A stretch of 63,699 nt of DNA, the filler included, from Folioceros fuciformis (lineage: Eukaryota), in assembly GCA_049999805.1 (NCBI GenBank). It is 7 parts of 6 records of this genome, joined end to end, with 100 filler letters (N's around TTAATTAATTAA, not from the genome) between each part and the next. Parts side by side here need not be neighbours in the genome. Positions count along the whole stretch, not along the records: positions 1 to 15,063 come from JBNGIO010005437.1; 6 more parts are not named here. One strand, written 5' to 3'. The notes under the pieces are model-generated. The model did no database searches and had not been told where the DNA came from. It saw only the letters and a program-made list of their open reading frames with translations. Positions 1 through 13,109 of the stretch are shown piece by piece (positions within the stretch are counted from its first letter, which is position 1; every line of letters starts with the position of its first letter). The translations under genes and the position numbers were made by a program.

Positions 1-1272
1 GCCAAAGCCAGCTCAGACTCGTACAATTCAGGTCACCATAGCTCCATCAAACTTGAAGCCGCAGGGCGCCGACAGGCATGGCAAACCAGCTCCCGAACGC
101 CATCGTCCAGCAGTCGCATCCCCGCAACGAAAGGATCGATCATCCACAACAGCTTCCTTCGAACGCTCCCGCGGAGCTCCTGGACCAGCAAATCCACCGT
201 GACGCGAATGGGCAGCTAAATCCACGCACTCTCAGTCTGGATGCTGCACAATCACGCACCGCGGGAAGAAGGAGAGTCAGTGTGCCACAGAATTTCGAAG
301 CCACCTGCGCCCAAGCGATTCCTTCCTTCCGTCACAGCGACCGCCGGGCATGCAAAGGCGAATCGGAGGTAGAGCCAAGCGAGCCGTGCTCACTGGATCT
401 TCAACAGACGCTGCATTCGTGAGCCCGGCTCGGCCGCTACTGTCTACGTCCATGAGCAATCCCAAGGAAGAAGGAATCATCCCAATCCCCATCCCAATCC
501 CCACACCAATACCCAACTCCTGGAACCAAATGCCACCAGGATTCTTACCATCTCTGTGGCCAGCGGGACGGGACGCTCGTCGTCACCAGATCTGGACCAG
601 CGACTGCTCATCTTCCACGACCATGTGATGGAACATCCGCGTTGGGCACCGCTCCCATTGTTTACTCTATACGTCTCCACGTGCAGCACCGAAAACACTG
701 GAAAGATGCGAAAAGCATTTAAAGACGTGCATTCAGGCGTATGTATCTAGCACCTTCCGTTGCAAATTCCTCCCACAGCACTCGTTGCCTACACACTTAT
801 AAGAATTTCTTAACAGGCTGTGGAAAGAATGACGGTGCGTGGGATCAAGACTTCCTTCCCTTTAAAGACAAACCAGCTTCACCCCTCTCTCTGCGCTGGT
901 AGGTAGTCCCACTTTTGGCTTGTTATGCGAATATGCTATCATCNNNNNNNNNNNNNNNNNNNNNNNNNNNNNNNNNNNNNNNNNNNNNNNNNNNNNNNNN
1001 NNNNNNNNNNNNNNNNNNNNNNNNNNNNNNNNNNNNNNNNNNNGAATATTAATATATTCTCTCTCTATTTTTACAACATAAATAACAAAAAAAATATTTT
1101 TAAAAATAATTGAGTTATAAAAGTTAAACTAAATTTAATAAATGACCATTTTGGTGAAGGAAAATATAGCAAATTAAAAGTGGCCAGCATTTTCCAATAA
1201 TTGCTAGATAAAAACATGAACCTCTATTGGTGCAAGTATAACAGTAAAGTATAGATGTAATGTTGAAGTTGT

Positions 1273-3317
1273 TTATCCTGTTGTGGTAGGCTCTTTTGTA
1301 CTAAGCTTTTTTCGATTCCATGATAGATATGAGGTATCTCCTAACGGCCTATGAGATGATGTGGATTTATTGAGTTTTAGTGAATAAGAAAGCTTATCCG
1401 CAGCAAGCAAACAGATACCTCAACTCAACTCAACTCAACTCAACTCAAGAGCGACAAACAAATTGTCTTCTTCCAAAAGTGAACAAGTATGCTTGGCAAA
1501 TGTCACAACAAAATGGATCTTACCTCGGATGTTGATGGTGCAAGAGGAAGAACAATACGGCCATACCAATGGAGAAAAATCCAACAATAAGATAGGCAGT
1601 ACCCAGAAATGGGTTCTTGCCACCTATCCAGGTAGTGGTTGATAAGACCAGTCTCTTCTCTCCATTGAAGGAGTATGTGTTGTAGTTGTTTTCGAGATCA
1701 ACTTCAATAATATCACCGTCATGAAAATCTTGTTCTAGTTTGCCCCACAGTTTCCGAAATGTGGGCAGTGCTGCGGTGCGCATCCAAACAAGAAAATCTT
1801 CATTTTCATTCAACTGTAACACATGAGCTGTTTCAGTTGGATGAAAATCAGTGTGTGCACTAACACTTTGTGAGGTGGTAATTAAGCCCATAGATGGGCT
1901 TATATGTGTGTTGGACTTACAGGAATGGTTTCATCCAAACTGCCACCGCCCACATAGTAGCCATTGGAGGCTCCTAAGTTATTTGGGAAGTTCTTGGGGT
2001 AGACGTTTTTCCCAAACTTCTGTGTGCGGTCACTTTTCCAGGCTATTCCTTTCTTGTTTACTTGTAGGGCTTGGGTCCCAAGAGTGAACTTGTACGTGTC
2101 GTTAAACAAACTCCATGCAATTAATCCACATGGAACTATTACTGATCCATCTGGAAGATAGTCTTGTGGTGTGCAAGTGCTCACATCGTTGAGATTAGTC
2201 CCTCGCAGTTGTCTGTCACTTCTGCTTTTGACATATCTGCATTCCCACCATGGAAAAGGCTTACTGGGTGTGTGAGGCTTTTTCTTGTTCCAACAACAAC
2301 AAAAGCAAATCTTCATAAACAAGAAGACATACATACCTTCTATGGTTTTGATAAAAGTTTGTCAACTCATAGTATATGAATACAGGAGCTTTCATGTACC
2401 GTGGGATCTATCACGTTCCAAGTTATTAGGGCAATATTGGAACCCAACACCAACTAAGCTAAGCTATGCTAAGCTATACTATTTGGGTGATCATGCCCTT
2501 CTACTCTCTTTAGACAACACAAAGAGTCCTAAGCAAAACTGCCACACCATCAAAAGTATTGTAACAAAAAGTGTTTGAAGAATGAAACAGAGCTTACTTG
2601 CAAATGACGAACGCAGCTCTTATCTGTCAGATAATTTTGTATGTGTGCAATCTTTTTCTCTTTGGTGAAATCAGGTGGTAAACATGCATCATCATATCTA
2701 TCAACAATTTCTACAACCTACAAGAGCAATACATAGAAATCCTTTATCTTCTGGGCCTGGTTTGCACAGGGAAAGGGACAAAACTTTCTTAATTTCAAAT
2801 CAAGTTATCTCACATAATTTAGAATACAATTATGTTTAAGAAATTTTATTGATCTTCTTATTGTTTTAAGCATGAACATGATTGTCATGGAGATGTACCC
2901 TGTTGGAGGCAGCAAGTGCTATTGATCCAATTGGAATGAACACCACTGCTACACTTATAAACCCAAACATTATCTATGAAAGAAAAGTGCGTCATTTATT
3001 CTCATTATTTAATATTAAGTTCTAAGTTTTTGAAAAAGCAATATGTTCACAATTTTTTTCTTACAACTCCTGGTGTCAACAAAGGCTTCCATGCTGGAAG
3101 CTCCTGTTGGGTAAATTTAGAATCTAGCAATTCAACCAAAAATTCAGAAAAAATTAAATTAGTTGTAAAATTAGCTGCTTAATTTTTAATTCAATTCATG
3201 TGTACCAGACAAAAAGAAACCAAATTATGAAAATAGGAATGCACATTTAGGCTTTTGACTTGTGTTTTTTGATTCGGTAGAGATCTCTTGGGATGTGCTT
3301 GGTACACTTGACTCCAT
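1273..3317 (-). CDS. ALIS: CDC50/LEM3-family P4-ATPase (flippase) beta subunit, ALA-interacting subunit (multi-exon)
   Basis: Manually spliced exons read [44 protein letters not shown] ... [29 protein letters not shown] ... [16 protein letters not shown] ... [20 protein letters not shown] ... [10 protein letters not shown] ... [13 protein letters not shown]...*. These are hallmark CDC50 motifs, with GT-AG introns where checked. Confidence 0.95.
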
Positions 3318-3804
3318 CTATAATCTTAAATCTTTATTTATGAAGGTAGAAATATTGCATTTCAAATTAACTTCATCTACATACTAGCTTGAACCTCTTT
3401 ATTTAAAGGCTTATATGTAAATCAGAATAACATGGATTGAAAAGCTTATTGGGGATATTTCTGAATGTCAAAAGTCAATTATGTTACATAGTAGGATTTT
3501 CTTAGCAACCAGACGTAGATGGAAGCAACATTTATGTTATGTCAATGTCTTTTAATAGGTGTAAAAGTATTGAAGTAAGTAAAATATTATTCATTTTTTT
3601 ATCATGATTAAAATGGTATCTCCCACCCGTGGAAACGCGTGTGGAAAAAGAGCAATTCGAGGCGGGTCCCGTTTCTCGTACGCATCAAGTTTGCAGAGTA
3701 GAAGTGTCCATCGGCTTCTGCGCCCGGCGGGGCGGGGCGAGGCAGGGGAGAAATCACCAACTGGCCAGCTGATGTCCGGCCTGGCAAGCATAAACATTGC
3801 TTTT

Positions 3805-3813
3805 AAACCCTAA
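3805..3813 (+). promoter_or_regulatory. Telo-box (AAACCCTAA) just upstream of the ATG at 3836
   Basis: Exact AAACCCTAA about 22 nt before the start codon. The plant telo-box is typical of promoters/5'UTRs of translation and ribosome-biogenesis genes. Confidence 0.55.
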
Positions 3814-3835
3814 CCGAGTCACCTGCGACACAGGT

Positions 3836-5120
3836 ATGATAAAGCGGCGGGATTACAAGCTGCTTCACCCGCGCAATCACGATGAGGCATCCGACTCTTC
3901 TTCGGGTTCGGAAGAATCTGGCAGCGAGGTTGAGGATGTCGACTCTTCTGACAACGGGGATTGGCCTGGTGTGTTAGCTCCGCCTCCTTCCTGCCGAAAG
4001 AATTGGATTGAGCTGTATGTATGCTTGTGACCTGACTTTTATGGTTGTGCATCAGAGGAATCCACGCTTGCGGAGTTGGAAGAGCTGCAAAAACCTACCG
4101 ATTTGTCAGGCAATGGAAGAGTGGGACACTCTGGCCAAAGGGCAGAAGCTGTGAAGGAGCCGAAGAAGGGCCGGGTTGTTGGGGATTTTGAAGATCCTAT
4201 GGTGTTGCGGATGGGACGGACTCAAGGTGTATTGAAATGCCGGCTGTGTCCTAAAACCATTTGTTTGTCAGATGGTACAATGCGCGCACACCTTGGCTCT
4301 AAAGTACGACATGTGTGTAACGTTTTGTGTGCTTGTGATGAATGAATTGTGTCTGATGGAGTTGTTGTGAGGAGGCGTGGTCTCTGAGCGGTTATGGCTT
4401 TTTGCTTTGGTTCTAAGGTTGTGGAGGATTCTGGCAGGGTCATGCTAGAGCTGCGAAGCTGTTTTCGGAAGGCAGGCTGAAAGTCGTGCTGAACAGTGAT
4501 GGGGAAGAGGAAGGAGCTGAGGAGGGGGAGACGCACGCCGAGCGCTTGAGAAGAATCATTGCCGTGACAGAGGTCTTCTTTTTTTGTTTTGGCCAATGCG
4601 ATTCGGGATTTGTTTGATCCTGTTTGTGGCTAAGGGTTGAAGCGGGAGGGGTTGGTGTGTGAGAAATGATATGCTGATGTCTCTTGTTTCATCAGCAAGG
4701 AGCTCCGAAGCAGGAGTTCTGCAAGAGGAAGCAATCTGGACGACAGCGGCAGCATCTACGGAAAAAGAAGAAGGTACGCCGTTTCGGAATTCGTGTGCTT
4801 CAGCTCCTGGTTCGGTCGTCAAAAGTGACAATTGGAAGGCGCTTGGTGGTCAGGTGAAGGCTGAGGCCAAGGGAGGAGGAGAGGATGTCCCGGCAGCGAA
4901 CCCGGAGAAATCACGTAGTCGACTTTCTGGACCACAGCGCGAAGACAAGCTGGTCGTGAGCAGTGTTATTGTAGGAGGGAAGAAGAGTACAGATAGCAAA
5001 GATCAGCCAGTAATAGCAGAGAGAAAGCTAGGTCAGAAAAGGACGAACGGACACGATAATGGAACCCGGTCGGAATATACTGGAAAGCAGAGAAAGAGAA
5101 GTAGAAGTATGCAGGCTTGA
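3836..5120 (+). CDS. Uncharacterised acidic/basic nuclear protein with one U1/matrin-type C2H2 zinc finger (multi-exon)
   Basis: Starts MIKRRDYK followed by an acidic DSSSGSEESGSEVED tract. Spliced finger CRLCPKTICLSDGTMRAHLGSK|GH (C-x2-C-x13-H-x5-H), then EGRLKVVLNSDGEEE..ETHAER and a basic C-terminus RKRSRS. Confidence 0.75.
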
Positions 5121-5355
5121 ATGTGAGCTGCACGAAGCAGTAGCCGTAGACACGGTGTGCGATAAAGCTGCGGGTGCGCGGAAGCACAATATCCTAGTAA
5201 GACGAGATAACTTTGTGCCGTTCATTCCTCCTTATGCCTCTAGTGCCAATTTACGGGCATTATCGCTGAAGATGGTTGTACGTGACAAAGCCAGTGCGCA
5301 TTCCCGGGTTTAGACCGTTCTGTCGGCAATCGGCAGCCAGCGGAGTCGTGTGACA

Positions 5356-6212
5356 ATGGCAACCATGTCGTATGCTCAGCTTGTCTCCTCAGCTGCACCT
5401 CTCTCGTCCTCGACTCCATCCACTTGTTGCCGCGAGCGAGCTGTCACTCTGCGCCAACAACTCTTGGTTGGCAGGTACTCCCTCAGGGATGTAACAAGAG
5501 CAGCCAAAATACCTGGTATCACGACTCGGCTGCGGCTCACGGGCCTCACTTCTATTAGAGCGCAAGCGGGTCAGGACGAGATTCGCGAGCCGAAGGCCGA
5601 TTCGGGATCTGAAGAGAAGGCATGGATGGCTCTTCATCTTCTTCATGAAATGAGAGAGATGGAGCGTTTGCATTTCTCACGATTTGGTGTTGGAAGCAGA
5701 TTCCTTTCGGCTACACTAGGAAGGATGTGATACTTATAGGAGTGGGCCTCATCGGCGTCGGAGTTGGAATCAAGTTTGGGTTGGAGGTTTGTACTTTTCT
5801 CTGCATCGTGATCGTAGATGCCATCGGGACGAAGAGGTGGTCCTCAATGTGGAAATACTGTGGCAGGCATTCGGCGTGGACTCCTTGAGGGCTGGTAATG
5901 CTGTACAGCTCATTATGGTTTTAGGGCTCACGCTGGGGTGGATATCAAGCTACGTGTTCAGAGTATCCACTAAGGAGATGACATACGCCAAGCAGTTGAA
6001 GGACTACGAAAACAAAGTCATGGAGGTTCTATGCGTTTCCTGTCGTCCCTGTGGCCGTTGAGCTTGGCTTGAGTGGTGCACCTAAAAGAGGTTATGGTCG
6101 TTTTGTCCAGAAACGATTGGAAGAGCTGCCTGAGGCAGAGCTGGAAACCATGCTAGCGCAGATAGAGGAAGAAAAGAGACAGCTACAAGACCGCAGGAAA
6201 AACATTCTGTAG
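5356..6212 (+). CDS. DUF3007-family plastid membrane protein (4 exons)
   Basis: Ser/Arg-rich transit-peptide-like N-terminus, then IPFGYTRKDVILIGVG...FGVDSLRAGNAVQLIMVLGLTLGWISSYVFRVSTKEMTYAKQLKDYENKVME|KRLEELPEAELETMLAQIEEE. Confidence 0.85.
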
Positions 6213-6263
6213 ACAGCAGGCAGGACAAGACCGGTGATACCGACTGTCCACTGACCGAGTCGG

Positions 6264-9200
6264 TTACAGTTTCTTGTATTGCTCAATGAGCTCAGATGCA
6301 TGCAGGCGAGAATTGGGCTCCACCGTGCAGCCAAGGCTTTTGAGATATGCTTTCTGAGGAGACCAATAAGACGTGGATTAGGCTGAGCTTCTCTCGTAAT
6401 GCCTCGCCCTTCAAGTTAGCAGAGCAAAAGTTGGTCTACCTGTTTGAGTGTTGCAGCTGAAGAGCTCATAGCTCTCTCGGTCCCCATTTGTTGAAAATGT
6501 TCCTGAATGGGATGTAATGCGACTCGTCATTATTATGTGTGGCTATCACTCCAGTGCACATTGACGTGCAGACGATGCCATACGTATTCGCAACGAACCT
6601 GACGCTCTGCCTGTAAGAGCACACGATCCTCTACGGGTAGTTTGGTCCAGTTGATTACCTGGAAATCTTGCGAAGGCATTTAGTTGGTTTTCCACATCAG
6701 AAGAAAGACCACCTGCAACAGAGGCCGATAAAAAAAGCACTTACATGCGCGGCATACGCCAATGCTTCCTTGTCCTTTAACGAAGCCTTCAAGGCACGAA
6801 CCAAGTCCTGCAGCAGCAACTGCTCAGCTAGGAGTCCCAGCAGCCAGCACGGGGCAAATCCCGTAAGCAAGAGACAGCCTACCCTGTTCTTGGTGGCCTT
6901 GGCCCGAAGACGCTCATCAATAACAAATCCAACCTGGGGGCGCAAACGTTTTATATGTGGAAACCAACGTGAGTCTTAGCTATCATTCTCAGATCTGTTT
7001 TTCGCTACAACATACCTTGTCAAGTAATCGGGATGGATGCTGAAAAGCAGGCTTTTTAGCCCAGGTATGGAAGAGACCAGCCACAGTTGATCTTGAATCC
7101 ATGGAGAACCTGTCATGATTTTGATGACGTGGCATGTGTATGAAACAGAGGAAGCTCATCTAAATGAATATATCCAAGACTCACCCTTTAAGAAATGCTC
7201 CTGCATATGACAAGCCCTCCGGTCCTGCCTTAGAAGCGAGATCGATTCCTGCCGGTCTCGCTTGGGCTGATCCGCAACCCTCAGCGTTACGATGGCCCAA
7301 CTCTGAATGAGATTCTGACCTTGTAACTTGGAAACTATCATCGTATCTCTGCTCATACAGAGGGTCCAAACAAAGCCATAAGAAACCATCAGGTTTGCTA
7401 ATAAGAGGTGCAGCGGCTAAAAAGGTGGTGTCTGACTTACTTCGAGCTTGAAGAGCTCAGCTGGTATCTCCTTAAGAAACCGAGACGGTTGAAGCAGCTA
7501 CCAAAACGAGGGTTGGCTGTCAGGATGGAGGGAGTCACATAACCTGAAACCGGTCTGGAGGAAGTTGTGAATGACTGACTACCTGCCTGTGTGTGTCTAA
7601 AAGCACGTAACATATGTGGAGTCTGTTCCGAGCTCTGGTCATGGCAACATAAAATAACCTGCGCTCCTCCTACAGAGGCAGAGCCAGGTATATGACGCCT
7701 CAGAGATTTTGCAAGACAGTCACTGCCGTAAATAAATGCAGAAATCCGACTCTGCATGAGCCAACCTCCAGTGACCCCGCACCATCATCCCCAGCACATC
7801 CACTAGCGTCATGTAGTAGCGGAGTCTCTGAGTCGTTTGCCTGTTACACTAAATATGTTCCAACGTAAACAGAGATACTAGGAATTTCCTTGACTATGAA
7901 GCGAGCTTAGTTCAAGCATCCAACAACTGAAGGTTAATCAGCATACCTTGACGATGTATACAGTGTCCCACTCCAAGCCTTTTGACTGCATACCACAAAA
8001 CCTCAGAGCAGTGCTTTTACCGCTTCTGCTTAAGCAAATTTCTCTCCCAAGTCACGAAACCCTGGATGATGTACAATGTACGATGACGTTACCTGATGCA
8101 TGGTTGTCAGAGTGATGGAGTTCTTGTTTTCCTGCCGACGTAATCTGTAATTTTCAGCCTCACGCGCATTAATGTGATCCAGAAATGCCGTTAGGTCTCT
8201 CACACATCCTTGCTCTTTCCCGGTTTCGTTTGGACCGTCTCCAGACTCCATGTTTACAGGAGGCATCGGTTGAAAATGATCACGCAGAAAGTCATTCACA
8301 TCATCACGAAAATAATCCATAATCTGCGACAAGGAGCTGGATGTCAATTCCCAACTAACCACCATGCACAATGCAACAAAACATAGATGCAATCGAAATT
8401 GATGTACTGTGAACTTCGTGAAGACACAATTCTAACCACATCGGCATATTGCCGATGATTCGTACAGTTCTAGAATCAAAATCTTCGTTTAGAAGCTTCC
8501 CTCCGTTCTCGTCAACAATCGCGCGAGACTCAAAAGCATGTTTCTGGTATGGGAAGAAAATTAAGGTTAAGGGTGGTTCACGCAAGCTGCCTAGTGTACA
8601 CCAGCAGAAATATTACCATGCACAAGGTCAGGCATTCAAAAGAATTGGAAGAGAGGCATACCTGGGGTAGGAGGTTGATAGCAGCAGTCACTAGTGCCGA
8701 TAGTGATTGTTCCTGAAGGATGTGTCGGTAAAACTATCAGTCACACCAATTTAAGAATGATCTCGGCACAAGGATACCTGGTACACTGGTCGGGGCAGAA
8801 GGATACCTTGTGGACCAGTCTCTTCATCATCAACACACAACTCAACACCTTCCGTCCTAAAGCAAGCTGTCGTCTGTGAGGACAGGAATGAGGATGTCAT
8901 CTTTACATCCTTATTTCATGCTTCAATACATTGGTAAAGATTAATGAAGAGATTATCGAGATGGATTAACGACCTGCTGAAGGTTCCAGATATCTTGGCT
9001 GAGAAAATGGTTTCAGCGGCCTGCCAGAACGGAGTTTTGTTCACAGTTGCTACTTTATCCACGTATTCCATGACCTGCCACAAAGCAAGTGCCTCAGACG
9101 TGTTTGCGAGAGCTTACTTGCTTGTCATTGGGCAGACATTATGACATTGACCTCGTGCTATTGACATACCCTTTTGATTTCAGCTTTGTCACTGGGATAC

Positions 9201-12200
9201 AGTGCTTTGAATACCCTCCGACCAAAAACATCTTTGCTTCCAGGTAGGACTAGTTGAAGCACGGAAACCACATTCTTAATGACCTGAAGGAAAATCAAGC
9301 TTACATGAAGTTATTGCGAAACAAGCCACTCCAAGAAGCCTTAATTATATGGAGAAGAGTATAGGATGAACCTTCTTCCTGTAAAACGCTACTCCATGCA
9401 CATTGAAGGGCACTTTTCTTGCACGCAGAGCTGCTTGGATGGCTTTCCCTGTGACCTGAAGGAAACTCAAGGTGTATCAGAAAAAAGGTACTGAAAATTG
9501 CAAAATCACACATAAAGATACCGGTAGTGGCCGATTTGGTGCAGATTGAGGAACTGGCCTGACGGCGATACAATATTGCACAGTTGCTGTATGATGAAGA
9601 TGTACTAGACACATTCATCAAGATATTGTCCACAACATAAGCGCATTGTGAAGATTCAGTCCGGCACTCCCTTACGACGATATGCTTTCAGCTAAGGGAG
9701 ATACAAACACGTTATGAAAGTGGAAAAAAACAAACAGCCAAGTGACCCATATTTGCTGTAAACAAGCCATCCAGGTACGTCTAGGATACTTTGTCACCAG
9801 CGACGTTCTCAGTGAAGGCTTGCTTTGTTGCACAGCGGCTAATGTTGTTCCGGATCACTGAATGGGCAGCCTCGACAATGCACCGTGTTGACCTATAATT
9901 TTGGTGGAGTCTCACCTAGCACATTACACTGTCAACACTGTGGTCGGGAAGCCAAAATTGCACACACAGAAGACCCATCCGATGATGCATGACTCCAAAA
10001 CTGGCTTTTACTTCATTATGATTTGGGAAGTCCTTGCGAAAGCGTTCGAAACCCGTCAAGTTGGCACCATTGAAGCTAAAAATGGACTGCACACAGAAGA
10101 AATGCTTACATCAAATCGTGGACATGCAGGTCTGCTAGGAGTAGAAGACAATCCAACAATACAAACGTCCCACATTGGACAAATAGTACCTGGTCATCAT
10201 CACCAACAACAGTAACCCGATTATGAGAAGCGATCAAACGCAGGAAATTGTATTGCATAGCGCTGGTATCTTGAAATTCATCGACCAGCAAATAAGTCCA
10301 GGACTCGTGGCATTCATCTAGAACTGCTCATCGCATGTGAGTCAGCTCCTTGTTAGCATTTCATTCATCTATATATTCATTTGGATGCATCGCAGGAACT
10401 AGACGTACCTTTGGGATGTGCTTCAAGAAGCTTTACAGCAAAACTTATAAAGTCATGATAGTCAAGAGCATTGCAAGTTGCTAGTACAGCTTCATAGTGC
10501 TTCAAAATATCTGCCTGGATAAGATGTTAGCCAAACGGCTGTTAAGTTTATGATCCATTGGTGTGCAGATCAGTGAGAGTGCACAATGGAATGGATGCAA
10601 AAGGAGAAAAGCCTCACGAGCTAGCACTCACCCCAATACGATTCCCGATCTTCTCATAGTCGTCGGAAGTTTTACCAGCAGCCTTTGCCTGCAGAATTTA
10701 GCATTAGAACAAACTGAATGCTTGCTCAGAGCGAACGAAAACCACTAGATAAAACTTTGCTGAACCAAACCAAAACCGACTTTGGATGAGAAAAGAGGAA
10801 AAATCTCAGAGACACACTTGTGTTACAAAATTTTGCCACTTTCTGGCCTTCTCTTTCCAGATGGCTGGACCTGGACCACTTTCCACCATATTATCAGAAT
10901 TCCCTTGCCTGTCTTCAGCAAGATGAGAAGCAGCAACAGTTTTTGACAGTGCCAGCCTTGTCGCCTCTATTACTACTCTTCTTTGTTGTCCATGTCCATA
11001 TATCACAAAATCAGATGTACGACCCAACCTGACACATTCAAAGGCCATGCACAAAAGATATCAAAATGTAACATGAAAGGTTGACAATCCATGGGATGGA
11101 AGGAGCTAACACCTTGCAATGCTGCAAATACAAAAGCTCTTCTGACTAGTCTACGACCCATATATATAACTGACGAGGAAAAGCAATGTCAACTCTGGGC
11201 TCACTTGTCAGCATGTGCTCGGCAAAGTTGCAGGCAGAAAGAATGAAAAGTACAGATGGACAGCTCCTTGGAAGCAGCTTTCCCAACGAGAACTCCCACT
11301 CTTTCTCTCATTTCAGTAGCAGCAGCCGTGGTGAATGTCATGGCCAGAATGTTTTTGGGCTGCACACCCTGCACACAATGTTCTCATGTGATTGCTATGT
11401 AGCAAAGGGAGTTCACTAAATTTTCATTCTCCTAATAAACGAAATGAGACGGATCACACCTGCGACAGTACTTACGTCTCCTAATATTGTCAGCAATCGC
11501 GCTATCATGGTTGATGTCTGGAATCCAGAAATACAGAAGTTCAGTCTCACCAGATTCAAATTGCTGAGTACGTTTACCGGTTGAGCCCTACCTTCCCACT
11601 TCCAGGTCCAGCCAATACTAGCAAGGGCCTGGAGGAGTCACTTAATGCTGCCTTCTTCTGTGATTCGTTCAACTTGCAAATATGTCCAGGGAGGTTTTCC
11701 ACGCCGGTTTCAGCTGATGGGGTCATCCGGTTAGACAAATGGAGGCAAGTAGAGATGTTCTTGATATTCATCACATATGCTCCNNNNNNNNNNNNNNNNN
11801 NNNNNNNNNNNNNNNNNNNNNNNNNNNNNNNNNNNNNNNNNNNNNNNNNNNNNNNNNNNNNNNNNNNNNNNNNNNNNNNNNNNCCTTACCGCTGCTTAAA
11901 ACCGGCAGCTCAGAACTCACTCCCAAAGGTTCTGGTCCGACAACAGTTGCAGGTGCCAAATCGTTCGAAGCCTGGACCCCAGATTCTGCAAGGGATCTCT
12001 TTGCGTGATCTTCACCTTGATCGCTCCCACAATCTGCGACTGTCCCAGCTACTGACATGCTTACCCTCTCAGCACAGAGCCTGTCGATTTCAAGAAGAGA
12101 ATTGTCATCAAATTCCGGTGACAGAACCTGGGGAGGTGCAAGGATAGTGCTTTGCCTCCCACATCCAGCTGCAGAATACTCTGAGGAGAGCTTCATACAG

Positions 12201-13109
12201 TCACTGCTCGGAGCTTGCAACTCTACATCGCAGGCTCGAAGCGGGGTCACTGTGATAACTTTGTCATCCATATGAACCCCCATGGCCGGATTACAGGATC
12301 CCGGCAAACGACTTTTCCCAAGCGTCCCCTTATCTCCTTGACCTTTGTGGAGCAGTACTGTTTGGTCCATATCCCTAAAGGTTGCAGACCCGTCTGATTT
12401 CCAGTCCGTAGCATCCAACATGTCATCTCTGACCACGGCCTCAAACGGCGTATCTCGTCCTACTAGCCAGGCAGGCACTGAGGGCTCTGTGCTTGGACAA
12501 GAGTCACCCTTAGGCAACTTGGATCCTTGTGGTGGCTGAAGGGTTTGAGACGTGTGCACGTCAGCCTTTCTCCCATCGACAACCCCTCTCCAGACAGGTG
12601 TGGGTCCCTGGTTGTCCTGGAGAGAAAAATGTGGTGAAGCACGCAGGCAGTTGGCGGGGAGCTCTCTGAGCGCAAACTCCGACGGGCCATTCAAACAATG
12701 AGGGGAATCCACAGGCCTTTTGAAGGCACTAGTCCTGCATCGGAATCCAACATCAAGGTCACTCACCCAGTAATAAATTGCTCAACTTGGAAGAACATTG
12801 AACAAAGAATCCACACCTGTTAGAATTCATGGTTGCGGACAGTGCTGCCCTCTTGCGGTTAGCTGGGGACACGGGTCTGTCAGGCTGCACAAAATCGGGT
12901 GGTCCTGTTTCCGTTTCAGTAGGCGCAGGCTGCTTCTTGGCCAGAATTGCCTTAGCAGCACGGAAGTTGTGCATGATCCGAGCCTGCTGCGCGTGGGTGA
13001 GGCGTGCTTTCCCCTCCTGCTGCGCGAGCCGCGCATGATAGCCCTGCTCCTGCCCACATTCCGGATAAGGGGAAAAGGTGGGGGAAGCCGAGAATTTGTG
13101 ATGCTCCAT
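6264..13109 (-). CDS. SRS2: SRS2-like UvrD/Rep-family ATP-dependent 3'-5' DNA helicase (many short introns; spans one N gap)
   Basis: Motifs [18 protein letters not shown] (Walker A), [44 protein letters not shown]. The plant-type C-terminus is EHFQQ...[34 protein letters not shown]. Confidence 0.93.

Noticed and set aside
1..943. Short ORFs including a GI/IP dipeptide repeat
   Set aside because: There is no recognisable domain; the region is low complexity and cut by the window edge and a gap.
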